From: a virus
Virus record (IMG/VR): IMGVR_UViG_3300045988_175722
Span: 32,001 to 96,000 of that record
Strand: one strand, 5' to 3'
Length of the DNA stretch: 64,000 nt
Shown here piece after piece: positions 10,171 to 18,852 of this stretch. Made by a program: the position numbers and the translations under genes. Under the pieces are notes generated by a model. The model was not told the origin of the DNA, did no database searches, and was given only the letters and a program-made list of their open reading frames with translations. Each line of letters begins with the position of its first letter. Within the stretch, counting starts at the first letter, position 1.

Positions 10171-10308
10171 ATGAAAGAAAGTCTTAGAGATTATTATTAT
10201 CACCCGGAATTTACAATGATGGACAAGTCCTTTATGATAGTTCCTACCCCGAAAGATTTCGGGCAGTATTTACAACAGAAGAAACGTAATAGGAGAAGAA
10301 AGAAATGA
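10171..10308 (+). CDS. small basic protein (45 aa, hypothetical)
   Basis: Start context TAGCGTATG. Its stop overlaps the next ATG (ATGA). Confidence 0.35.
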   Translation: MKESLRDYYYHPEFTMMDKSFMIVPTPKDFGQYLQQKKRNRRRKK

Positions 10309-10562
10309 CGTTAGAGTTATCGACGGAGGAAAAGATAATCGTAACTATTCTTTGGGTATTTACGATATTCTTCCTGGTGTTGGTTTCCGGAATATTGGAA
10401 GGTAGGCATGAGCCTATAAAGCCGCCGAATATTCCGCCACCGCCGCCTCCATCTCGCCCTCGCCCTCTGCCATTCCGTCGCAGATCAAGAGTAAGAACTA
10501 ACAAAAGAAGAAAATATGTTATACGAAGCAAAACAAGGATCAAAGGCTTACGAATATATTAA
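10305..10562 (+). CDS. small membrane protein with Pro-rich tail (hypothetical)
   Basis: One hydrophobic helix (IIVTILWVFTIFFLVLVSGIL) followed by PPNIPPPPPPSRPRP. It overlaps the next gene by 47 nt. Confidence 0.4.
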   Translation: MTLELSTEEKIIVTILWVFTIFFLVLVSGILEGRHEPIKPPNIPPPPPPSRPRPLPFRRRSRVRTNKRRKYVIRSKTRIKGLRIY

Positions 10563-11037
10563 GAGTATTCTTGATGCGGAGAAAAGAGAGCGTCAGGCTT
10601 ATATGGAGAGAGTAAAAGAAGCTGCGGGCTTCGAGTTCGATGATTACCTATGTTGTCTAGCTAACGACAGCAATGATCGAAAAATCGAAATATCCTATAT
10701 CTGGGTGTCTTTTAAACGATACGAAACACTAGATAACAAGGCATGGCGAGTAATGAATTGGGATAAACGAGAGGATGGCCGATATGTAGCTATAGTGCCC
10801 AATAAGCGCTATAAGCAAGGAAGGCTATTAGCTGGCGTATTCGACTCCTATAAACCTGTCATCGGAAAAGATGAGATACTCAAGGAATTGGGAATAGATG
10901 TGTCTCATGTTAGCCCTTTTGGTAATAAAATTATGCTCTTTCGTCGTAAGGACTGCATTTTCGTTTCTTTTAATGACCGTGCCCGAGTCGAAGAGTGTAA
11001 TCTTGATTTCAATAAAGTCGAGATAGAAGGATATTAG
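10516..11037 (+). CDS. hypothetical protein, paralog family A
   Basis: MLYEAKQGSKAYEYIK... is nearly identical at the N-terminus to ORF 11994-12542. Both share the PNKRYKQG motif. Confidence 0.6.
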   Translation: MLYEAKQGSKAYEYIKSILDAEKRERQAYMERVKEAAGFEFDDYLCCLANDSNDRKIEISYIWVSFKRYETLDNKAWRVMNWDKREDGRYVAIVPNKRYKQGRLLAGVFDSYKPVIGKDEILKELGIDVSHVSPFGNKIMLFRRKDCIFVSFNDRARVEECNLDFNKVEIEGY

Positions 11038-11070
11038 AATTTTATTAATAGTGATAAAAGAAAATAGCGT

Positions 11071-11652
11071 ATGATTGCAGTAACATCTCCTCTCTTGGTA
11101 ATTCTGTTTATGCTCTTAGTAATGCTTATATTTGTAATATGTGACAAGGTAAAAACAGAAAGATCTTATAGATTAAGTCATAGACTTTGGACAGGAGAGG
11201 AGAAATGCCAATGGGATATAGAGTCTCAGTTCATCACTGGAGATTTGGTGTCAATAGATTCACATCTTGTATATGAAGTCTTGGGGCGTATTTCGGAAAC
11301 GGAATATCTAGTCACTTATAATCGACTTTTGAAAAAGGGACACCTAGTCGTGCATGTATCTAACATGAATGGTATCAGAATTACACCTGAAAGATTGATA
11401 CGTGCAGGTTTTTCCTGTCCGGACTATGATCCGGAAGATATACGTTTCGATGTGCCTTATAAAAAGGTGTTCAAAAAGGATGGAACTGAAGTTATGATAA
11501 CTCATAGCGCCAAGAGCACTATACTAAGAGACTATTGGAATGTTCATTTAGAACATTACGATTTTGTTACCCCGTCCAAAAAAGATATTGTTTACATCCA
11601 CGAGTTGCAGCATTTTCTTTTTGGTCTAGGTCTTAATTATCGAGATGAATAA
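11071..11652 (+). CDS. hypothetical membrane-anchored protein, paralog family B
   Basis: N-terminal hydrophobic helix, and a C-terminal IHELQHFLFGLG shared with ORF 6829-7434. Confidence 0.6.
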   Translation: MIAVTSPLLVILFMLLVMLIFVICDKVKTERSYRLSHRLWTGEEKCQWDIESQFITGDLVSIDSHLVYEVLGRISETEYLVTYNRLLKKGHLVVHVSNMNGIRITPERLIRAGFSCPDYDPEDIRFDVPYKKVFKKDGTEVMITHSAKSTILRDYWNVHLEHYDFVTPSKKDIVYIHELQHFLFGLGLNYRDE

Positions 11653-11726
11653 TTTTTAAAGCGTATAAAAGAAGGAGAACGTGCAGCCTTGGCTGCGAGA
11701 TTAAAGTAATAAAAACATTAAAGATT

Positions 11727-11990
11727 ATGGCATGTGATTGTATTAGCAGAGTTGAAAAACTTATCAAGGCGCAGACCAACGAGAGTGGTTGTCTTGACAC
11801 AAGTATCGGTGTTCCATCGGGCATTGTGATGGTAAACATTTATGGTCTGTTCCATAAGCAGAAGAAGGATGGTTCCTTCTGCGAGAAGTGGAACAAGGTA
11901 AATATCCTCCCAGAGTATTGTCCTTTCTGCGGCAAGAAGTATGTGGATGATAAGAAAGAAGATGTTCAACAGAAAGAAAAGGAGAAATAG
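11727..11990 (+). CDS. zinc-ribbon-like small protein (hypothetical)
   Basis: A CDC pair near the N-terminus and a CPFC pair near the C-terminus. Confidence 0.5.
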   Translation: MACDCISRVEKLIKAQTNESGCLDTSIGVPSGIVMVNIYGLFHKQKKDGSFCEKWNKVNILPEYCPFCGKKYVDDKKEDVQQKEKEK

Positions 11991-11993
11991 TGT

Positions 11994-12542
11994 ATGTTAT
12001 ACGAAGCTAAACAAGGTTCAAAGGCCTACGAATACATTAAGGGTATTCTCGAAGCTGAAGAAAAAGAGTATCAAGCCTACATGAAAAGAGTAGATGAAGC
12101 CGTTGGCTTCGAGTTTGAGAAGTGGCAAGGTTATCAGCCTAACCGCAGTCTGCTGCGAGAGTATGAGATAACCGCTATCTGGGTACCGTCCGAGCGATAT
12201 GAAACGCTGGATAAGAAGGTATGGCGAGAGGTAGGTAGCCAGTTGTTTAATGATGGCCGTTACGTTTGCGTAGCGCCTAACAAGCGATACAAGCAAGGTA
12301 AGGCTATCGCCGCTGTACTTGCCTCCTATAAAGCTACCACCAATCATTTCAAGATATTGAAGGAGTTAGACATAGGGGGTTCTCAAGGTAACTCTATCTC
12401 CATCACTCAGCTTCTCCGTTGCAAGGACCGCATCTTCGCTTTCTTTGATGATAGCATTCGAGCCGAGAAGCGCAATCCTGATTTCACGGAAATCACGATA
12501 GGAGAGTATGAGGATCTTATTAATAGTGATAAAGAAGGATAG
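11994..12542 (+). CDS. hypothetical protein, paralog family A
   Basis: Duplicate of ORF 10516-11037, including the 3' flank (TTATTAATAGTGATAAAGAAGGATAGCGTATG). Confidence 0.6.
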   Translation: MLYEAKQGSKAYEYIKGILEAEEKEYQAYMKRVDEAVGFEFEKWQGYQPNRSLLREYEITAIWVPSERYETLDKKVWREVGSQLFNDGRYVCVAPNKRYKQGKAIAAVLASYKATTNHFKILKELDIGGSQGNSISITQLLRCKDRIFAFFDDSIRAEKRNPDFTEITIGEYEDLINSDKEG

Positions 12543-12545
12543 CGT

Positions 12546-13010
12546 ATGAAGATAAATATGAATCATGTAAAGGAGAAGATAGCAGGCATTATCTTTGACC
12601 TTATCATAGAATCGGGCAGTAAGTCTAAATTCTTCCGTAAGTACACCAACCATCGCTTCCGTAAGCAGTACGAACGATTGAAGGATGATTCCTATTTTCA
12701 TCAGTATAAACGCAACAACGCTTTAGAAAAAGCAAATAGTAAGCTGCATGAAAGGATCAGCGCTTTAAATTACAGACTTCACTCTATTTATGATGCGGTG
12801 AAAGTCGTAGCTACGGAGTACCCTAAGAACATCCCGTGCCCTCACGGAGAAAAAGATGAAGAAAACGATTGCCCCGTCAGAACAGATTCCACTGAATGCT
12901 GGTGCTGCCCAGGTTTCGTATGTAGAATACCTGAAAAAGGTACCATTATCTGTTGGAACGAGAACTTTGAACAGAGTGAGGATTTAGAAAATAAAGAAAA
13001 AGAAGAGTAA
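12546..13010 (+). CDS. hypothetical protein with Cys-rich C-terminal region
   Basis: 154-aa ORF with start context TAGCGTATG. Confidence 0.55.
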   Translation: MKINMNHVKEKIAGIIFDLIIESGSKSKFFRKYTNHRFRKQYERLKDDSYFHQYKRNNALEKANSKLHERISALNYRLHSIYDAVKVVATEYPKNIPCPHGEKDEENDCPVRTDSTECWCCPGFVCRIPEKGTIICWNENFEQSEDLENKEKEE

Positions 13011-13043
13011 TAATCAGTAACAAAGAAATTAATAGAAAAAGAT

Positions 13044-13868
13044 ATGGCAAAGAATAACGATTATCTTGTAAAAGCAAAAGAGTACCTAGCCGCAATGAAG
13101 ACTATGTACAACCTAGAGCAGTTGGCAGATGGGGTCCGCCCTGATAAATACAAGTACATCTGTCAAAAGTATGGTATTGATGAGGGCGAAGCCATGAACA
13201 TGTACTCTGTTCTTCAGAAGATGAAGAAGGAGTATTACATGGTGAACTATAAGGACTCGGCAGCCTTGGAGCGCGTCCTGTCTATCGCTGAGGAAGCCTA
13301 TGTTACCTACAAGCATGATCGTGTTGATTTTTATGTAGAGCTACACTCCCCTGAAACAAGATACAAGTATATTCTTGTAAGTTTCCACAAACCAGGCGAA
13401 AAGTTGGTTCAACAGGAATTCAATATAACAGACCCGAAAACCTTTCCGGCTGTTACCGACATGATGAATAACGGCTTCGAGATTGTCGGAATGTCACGAC
13501 AGGCAGACGAGATAGAAAGTACAAAGTACGATGGAGTCGATGACAATAGAAGGATTTACATCCCTATCTATGATGGCGACGTGCTCCTCTGCTACTTAGA
13601 GAATCCTGACAGTATTTTCTCTCATCATAAAGAATGTGGTCTCTATCTCTGCCATGCTGGTGTTTATCATCGCCTCGTCTATACTCCTGGCAAGGGGTAC
13701 GTAAGACATCATGAGCCAGATGAGGATGAAGATTTCGAGTTGGATATTAGCGAAGAGCCTTTCAGCCAGTACGTCTTGACATTATCTAAGAGATTTCGTA
13801 AGTTGGGTAATATTCATTCCGGCATCGGGTTCCTCATGGAAGAAGATAACAAGAAAGAAGAGAAATAG
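13044..13868 (+). CDS. hypothetical protein
   Basis: 274-aa co-oriented ORF. Confidence 0.6.
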   Translation: MAKNNDYLVKAKEYLAAMKTMYNLEQLADGVRPDKYKYICQKYGIDEGEAMNMYSVLQKMKKEYYMVNYKDSAALERVLSIAEEAYVTYKHDRVDFYVELHSPETRYKYILVSFHKPGEKLVQQEFNITDPKTFPAVTDMMNNGFEIVGMSRQADEIESTKYDGVDDNRRIYIPIYDGDVLLCYLENPDSIFSHHKECGLYLCHAGVYHRLVYTPGKGYVRHHEPDEDEDFELDISEEPFSQYVLTLSKRFRKLGNIHSGIGFLMEEDNKKEEK

Positions 13869-13871
13869 CCT

Positions 13872-14213
13872 ATGACAAAGCAAGAGTTGTTATCTAGCCC
13901 TGCCTTTCAGACGGCGGGGGATGATGCTATTATCTATCTCGTAGCATGGTTCGATGGTGGTCCATGGATAAGATATGTTACAGCTCCTAAGAAAGAGGAT
14001 CAAACTAGAGATTGCATTCGTTTCCGCTCATTTGAACCGCTGATTAGCAAGATACGTCTGTTGACAAATCTTTCTTTTCTCCATTCAAGGGGAGGTAAAG
14101 TTTTGACCTTCCAGTATCCAAATGGCTGGCATAAAACGGGAGAATGCAGCGTTGATATTGACTCAGACGAAAATATCGTAATTAGAGAAAAAAATAAAAG
14201 AAGAAGATTATGA
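13872..14213 (+). CDS. hypothetical protein
   Basis: 113-aa ORF starting 3 nt after the previous stop. Confidence 0.55.
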   Translation: MTKQELLSSPAFQTAGDDAIIYLVAWFDGGPWIRYVTAPKKEDQTRDCIRFRSFEPLISKIRLLTNLSFLHSRGGKVLTFQYPNGWHKTGECSVDIDSDENIVIREKNKRRRL

Positions 14214-14917
14214 AAAGTAAATTAAAGTATTACACCCAGGTTATAGGTGTTAATTTGTTGGCGGCATTGGTACCGATCCTTGCCGTTATCCTTATCTATG
14301 GTCTCGGCAAGCTGAAGAATATCTATACACACCCTTGCGTTTTATCGCAGGAGATATACGATTGCTGCCTAGAGGCAACCATTGTAGTATTGGCTGGGTT
14401 CTCCGTAGGTCTCTTGTTTGTCGGTTGGGCTGATAAGTGGCGAAAGACAAAACTCAGTGTTCTAAAAATCAAAAGAGAGCGTGAGGAAGAAAAAAGAGCT
14501 GCCAAAATCTGTCTTGCTATGGGAGTAGATCCTACTATAGATAGAGTAGAGCCTGAAGTGAATACGGCAGAGCAGGAGAATGCGCCTGTACCTGGTGATT
14601 CCGAGTTCGAGGATATTTCCGGATTGACAGTTAAGGAGATTTGGGAACTCTATAAGGGGCGTGAGATAGATCTTTTAGGTGGTAATGTTTTTATTGCTGG
14701 TTACGACGAGGCGCCTAACTTCGTTGTTGTCGGCACTAAATTAGCTCAACCTAGTATAAGTTATGACGAGATGGTAGAAAGGATGGCTAGTAAAGACCCC
14801 GATAAGTGGCATGTAGAAAAAGGCTATGCGGATTACGGAACACTTTCTACCGAATACGTCCACGTTTACAAAAAAGAAGCAATAATTAGATGCAGAAGCT
14901 TATGGCAGCACGCCTAA
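14210..14917 (+). CDS. hypothetical membrane protein
   Basis: ATGA overlap with the previous gene and two N-terminal hydrophobic helices. Confidence 0.6.
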   Translation: MKSKLKYYTQVIGVNLLAALVPILAVILIYGLGKLKNIYTHPCVLSQEIYDCCLEATIVVLAGFSVGLLFVGWADKWRKTKLSVLKIKREREEEKRAAKICLAMGVDPTIDRVEPEVNTAEQENAPVPGDSEFEDISGLTVKEIWELYKGREIDLLGGNVFIAGYDEAPNFVVVGTKLAQPSISYDEMVERMASKDPDKWHVEKGYADYGTLSTEYVHVYKKEAIIRCRSLWQHA

Positions 14918-15234
14918 GTGATTACAAGACGTATTACGCCAATCTTTATTATACAAACCCATCGGCATGTGAAGGTAAGGCATTCTTTATGCGTCCTATC
15001 CCGGAACACATGAAGCAGTTCTTACCTGTTGCCGATGCGGATGCAGCTATAGCGCAAGCTCTATCTTTTGCGAAAGCTCATCCCGATTTCTGCATGAAAA
15101 GGTTATGTGTAGTAACGTCTTTCTATACAAAGAAAGACAATTATAATTACCGTACAGATTACCAGTGGTACAGATGGGATAAAACTTTGCATAATTTTGA
15201 GCGAGACGAATATCAGAAAGATGTGCATTGGTAA
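14890..15234 (+). CDS. hypothetical protein
   Basis: 114-aa co-oriented ORF. Confidence 0.5.
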   Translation: MQKLMAARLSDYKTYYANLYYTNPSACEGKAFFMRPIPEHMKQFLPVADADAAIAQALSFAKAHPDFCMKRLCVVTSFYTKKDNYNYRTDYQWYRWDKTLHNFERDEYQKDVHW

Positions 15235-15262
15235 TATAGAAAGAATAATAAAAAGAATTGTT

Positions 15263-15880
15263 ATGAAGAAGAATTATTTGTTTGATGTTGGCGGCTTGCT
15301 ACAGGTGCTGCAAGCCATCCAGGAGGGAAAGCCCGTGGAGTATCGTCCATTAGAGGAACCTAATTGGCGAGAGTTCAACCCAGAGGATTGCGGTATTGAT
15401 ACTGAGAACTGTAAATATCGCGTTAAGCCTTGCGAGTATGGAGACAGCTCGGGTATAGAACCTATCCGTCCGGAAGATTTAGAGGAAGACAGAATCTATC
15501 TTTTGAGAAGCCGAGATTACGGTAATGATAAGGGATTTCTTTGCGTAAAAAGTAATATGTGGAAATGGAATAAGTTAATGTCTTTGCATTTTTCTTATAT
15601 TATTGAGAATGACAGTAGCGCTGTGTTGAGTATATGCGATCCTAATACCTGGAAATGTAGTCATAGCGAGTACTCGGAAAGTTTTGCCAACAGCATTTCC
15701 TCTAATCTCGCAGTTTGTAACTTTGATGATGTAGTGTGCTATGAGCCATCTTTAGCACAAGTTCAGATGCTGGAGTCTAAGCTGCGCGAAATAGGTTATG
15801 AGCTCAAAAACGGAGAAATGATAAAGATAGATGAAAACGAAGAACAAACAACAAGGCATGAATGCAGAACAGCAAAATGA
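15263..15880 (+). CDS. hypothetical protein, paralog family C
   Basis: An internal ATG (MKKNYLFD) was chosen to avoid overlap with the previous gene. The track ORF starts at 15197. Confidence 0.55.
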   Translation: MKKNYLFDVGGLLQVLQAIQEGKPVEYRPLEEPNWREFNPEDCGIDTENCKYRVKPCEYGDSSGIEPIRPEDLEEDRIYLLRSRDYGNDKGFLCVKSNMWKWNKLMSLHFSYIIENDSSAVLSICDPNTWKCSHSEYSESFANSISSNLAVCNFDDVVCYEPSLAQVQMLESKLREIGYELKNGEMIKIDENEEQTTRHECRTAK

Positions 15881-16205
15881 TACGGCGAGTTTCTTGCGTA
15901 TACCCGTTCCTTGCTTCATGCTTCCTTTGTATAAGGAAAGAAAAATAAACATAGCATTCGTACCTTTTTACTCAGAGTGGAAGAAAGAATTGCTTTTGTC
16001 AGAAAAGCCTACAGGTGATGGAGGCATGGAATACATTTTTAAGCAATATGATTTCGTGCAGATATACAATGAAGATGATCCATCCATGCAGGTAACGAGA
16101 ATGTTTCAGGGATTTGCCCTGGATAGTTGCGGAACTCCCGAGGAGAAGAAGAAAACTCCATCGGTAGGCATTAACTTTAATCAGGTTGTTATCTATTTCA
16201 GATAG
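15831..16205 (+). CDS. hypothetical protein
   Basis: 124-aa ORF overlapping the previous gene by 50 nt. The start is uncertain. Confidence 0.4.
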   Translation: MKTKNKQQGMNAEQQNDTASFLRIPVPCFMLPLYKERKINIAFVPFYSEWKKELLLSEKPTGDGGMEYIFKQYDFVQIYNEDDPSMQVTRMFQGFALDSCGTPEEKKKTPSVGINFNQVVIYFR

Positions 16206-16257
16206 ATAAAGTAATTTGCCCGTAGGTAAGTCAAGAAAATAAAAAGATTTATAGATT

Positions 16258-16911
16258 ATGGAAAAGATTGAATTTACGAAGGAACAGATAGAAAAGATAG
16301 CTGAAGACATCAGCGTAATCTGCTTCCGCTCTAACTCGGAGGCAAAGAAGTTTTTGCTTATGGAATATCCGAAGGTTAAAGATGTGTTTGGTAACTCTTG
16401 TATCTGGGATGATCCTATCTATAATAAGGAACACCCCCAGGAAGTGAAAAGCGTGCTGCCTAGTTTTGAGGCAGTGCATACTTTTGGCTCACCGGCTTTA
16501 TTCAAACCAACTCTTGCTGAGATTATCCAGGCTTGCCCTATCAACCTTCTTGGGAACTTTAACGCTGTCACTATCCATTATAATGGTTTTGCAGAGAATG
16601 CTTCCAAGCATCAGAGTATCGTGACTCCTTACGTGATTTGTGAGAAGAAGAAGCCATTCGTTCCTTGTTTCAGTGATGAAGAGGAGAAGAAGCTGCATCC
16701 TTCGCCATTGAAGATAGGCGACCTTGTAGGTACTATCATTGACGAGTTCTGCCAGGTAAGCATTGATACTATCCAGCCTGATACCCGCAACCTTCAGACC
16801 TTATTTGAGGGTCCGATGAATGAAGTCCCCGAGAAGTACCTGGATAAGCATTTCCGTCCGATAGAGATTATTAAGGACTACGGAGATGAGATACATTTAA
16901 TCATTAACTAA
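16258..16911 (+). CDS. hypothetical protein
   Basis: 217-aa ORF preceded by the AAAGATTTATAGATT leader motif. Confidence 0.6.
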   Translation: MEKIEFTKEQIEKIAEDISVICFRSNSEAKKFLLMEYPKVKDVFGNSCIWDDPIYNKEHPQEVKSVLPSFEAVHTFGSPALFKPTLAEIIQACPINLLGNFNAVTIHYNGFAENASKHQSIVTPYVICEKKKPFVPCFSDEEEKKLHPSPLKIGDLVGTIIDEFCQVSIDTIQPDTRNLQTLFEGPMNEVPEKYLDKHFRPIEIIKDYGDEIHLIIN

Positions 16912-16919
16912 GCTTTATC

Positions 16920-17501
16920 ATGTTTGAGATATACGTTAAAATGAAGAGAAAGAAGTGCTGGAAACTCGCTATAGAGGTTCCCAACGCTTGGGGTGGAATG
17001 CCTCACCTTTGGATGTATTTAGAAAAGAAATACCTTCCATCTTACGTACCGGTAGGAGTTGATGGGAAACCGCTGGATATGGAATGGGTGAAGGAAAAAC
17101 AGGCAAAAGGTGAATATGCAAGCCGTTGGGTCTATGCTTCATCCAAAAAGGAGATTGAGGACCTACAGAAAGATTTCCGCCTAACTTATGAGGAAATGAT
17201 GGTATTCAGATCTACTTTTGATTTTGCAAAGGTTCTAGGCGAAGATATACCAGTTTACCTTGAATGCTTGAAGGTTGTCGCTGATGAATGTGGAGGCATA
17301 TATCCACAACAATACGAAAAGCTGAGAGCCTTTATTAAGGTTCATAGCATAAATGACATAGAGGCAATCGCCTTCAACCAGACAAGCGTAAACTGTGCCT
17401 ATGATTTCTTTGGCAACAGATATAATGCGCCAGTAGATAACTTTTGGGACTGTATGTGTCCAAAGGATTTTTACAACAACCTCAGAAAAGAAACGAAATG
17501 A
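16920..17501 (+). CDS. hypothetical protein
   Basis: 193-aa co-oriented ORF. Confidence 0.6.
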   Translation: MFEIYVKMKRKKCWKLAIEVPNAWGGMPHLWMYLEKKYLPSYVPVGVDGKPLDMEWVKEKQAKGEYASRWVYASSKKEIEDLQKDFRLTYEEMMVFRSTFDFAKVLGEDIPVYLECLKVVADECGGIYPQQYEKLRAFIKVHSINDIEAIAFNQTSVNCAYDFFGNRYNAPVDNFWDCMCPKDFYNNLRKETK

Positions 17502-18004
17502 ATGCAAGAGCGTTTTTCGATCTGGTGACTAATATAAATAGTAAGATTATGAAAAGAAATTTTAAGTATATGATTAAAAAAGCTGTCGTTAAGCTGAATG
17601 ACGCATTAGAACTTCTCTTGTCGGCCACCCTAATCTATGCTTTAGAAAAACTGGCGATTATCGTTCTCTCTCCTAACCCACCAACGCAAGAGGTGCAAGC
17701 CCGCTTCATTTTTGCTCTAATAGTAGTCTTTCTCGACATCATTTATTATTTCATTATCGATTTCTTCACGATAAACTGGAGAAGATGGAGAAGAAGAAGG
17801 CTTGCGAAGTTAAAGGCGCAGAAAGATACAGAAAAGTCTCGAACAGCAGCAGAGAATAGTAAGCTAGCGGCTGCGATTATCCAGGCAGAAATAGAGAAGG
17901 GCATGGCGGGTTTTTGGGGAGGTATAGAAATTCCGCAAAGGCGGATGAGTAAGGAAGGTATCAATAAGACTGAAACGTTAAAAGATAAAAAGAAAAAACA
18001 ATAA
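17498..18004 (+). CDS. hypothetical membrane protein
   Basis: ATGA overlap with the previous stop. It has hydrophobic helices followed by a basic RRWRRRR segment. Confidence 0.5.
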   Translation: MNARAFFDLVTNINSKIMKRNFKYMIKKAVVKLNDALELLLSATLIYALEKLAIIVLSPNPPTQEVQARFIFALIVVFLDIIYYFIIDFFTINWRRWRRRRLAKLKAQKDTEKSRTAAENSKLAAAIIQAEIEKGMAGFWGGIEIPQRRMSKEGINKTETLKDKKKKQ

Positions 18005-18012
18005 GATTACTA

Positions 18013-18043
18013 GCCCCCGTTCCCAGCGATTCCATCGCTGGTC
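18013..18043 (+). repeat. 32-nt hairpin motif, copy 3
   Basis: GCCCCCGTTCCCAGCGATTCCATCGCTGGTC, 8 nt after the stop at 18004 and upstream of the promoter at 18075. Confidence 0.9.
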
Positions 18044-18074
18044 AGCAGGCAAAAGCAGCGGCGGGCAATACCCT

Positions 18075-18111
18075 TTTGTCCCCGCCATCCAAAAATTAAG
18101 TATTAACTTTG
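18075..18111 (+). promoter_or_regulatory. Bacteroidota-type promoter (-33 TTTGTCCCC, 25-nt spacer, -7 TAACTTTG)
   Basis: TTTG at 18075-18078 and TAACTTTG at 18104-18111. About 30 nt upstream of the ATG at 18142. Confidence 0.7.
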
Positions 18112-18141
18112 CAAATAGAAAAATAAAGATTTATAGAGAAT

Positions 18142-18612
18142 ATGACAGAATTGGAACAATATGAACTCCTGGGGGAGTTGAAAGACCTTGCAGAATGGAT
18201 GCAAAATAGCGCACCTGGTTTCGATGTAGAGGAGTATAGATCGCTCGAAGAGCAGATAAAGAGTCTGAATCAGGATTCGGGTGATTTCTATGAGGTCATT
18301 ATTGAAATCCATTTTAATAATGGCAGATACATCATTCTCCACAATCAAGCCTTTGAGGCTTTGGTGCAGGATTCATATATAGGTGATGAGATTGATGCTA
18401 CGTCGAAGGATACGGTGATAGGAGTTACATACACAGACCCAGAGACAGACTATACGCAGATGGTGATTCCTATCAGTTCCATCTGCTACATTTCTGCCTA
18501 CACCCAAGAAATCAAGTGGCAGGAGCGATGGGATGCACTGAGCAGAGATAAGAAAGATGACTGCATTGCAGCCTTCGACAAATGGTATTCCAAGAGCCAG
18601 CAAGAGAAATAA
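18142..18612 (+). CDS. hypothetical acidic protein
   Basis: 156-aa ORF downstream of a consensus promoter and the AAAGATTTATAGAG leader. Confidence 0.6.
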   Translation: MTELEQYELLGELKDLAEWMQNSAPGFDVEEYRSLEEQIKSLNQDSGDFYEVIIEIHFNNGRYIILHNQAFEALVQDSYIGDEIDATSKDTVIGVTYTDPETDYTQMVIPISSICYISAYTQEIKWQERWDALSRDKKDDCIAAFDKWYSKSQQEK

Positions 18613-18807
18613 GAATTTTTCATTCTTCTAAATAATATATATAATAGTTTTCAATCTTGTTTTATAAGATAGTTTTTATTTATAATGTATTTAGATTACC
18701 TAAGCCCTCCTTCGTTGTGATAACGCGGGAGGCTTCTTTAGTCAAGGTCAAACGTGTAATAATGTAGTTTTTGTATTCTTACAAATAATTGGTTTTGTAT
18801 AAAGAAG

Positions 18808-18845
18808 AGGGGCGATTGTCGTGATGACAGTCGCCCCTTTGTTCT
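18808..18845 (+). terminator. intrinsic terminator at the convergent junction of the plus-strand block and terL
   Basis: AGGGGCGATTGTC-GTGA-TGACAGTCGCCCCT followed by TTTGTTCTTT. Confidence 0.65.
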
Positions 18846-18852
18846 TTACTTG

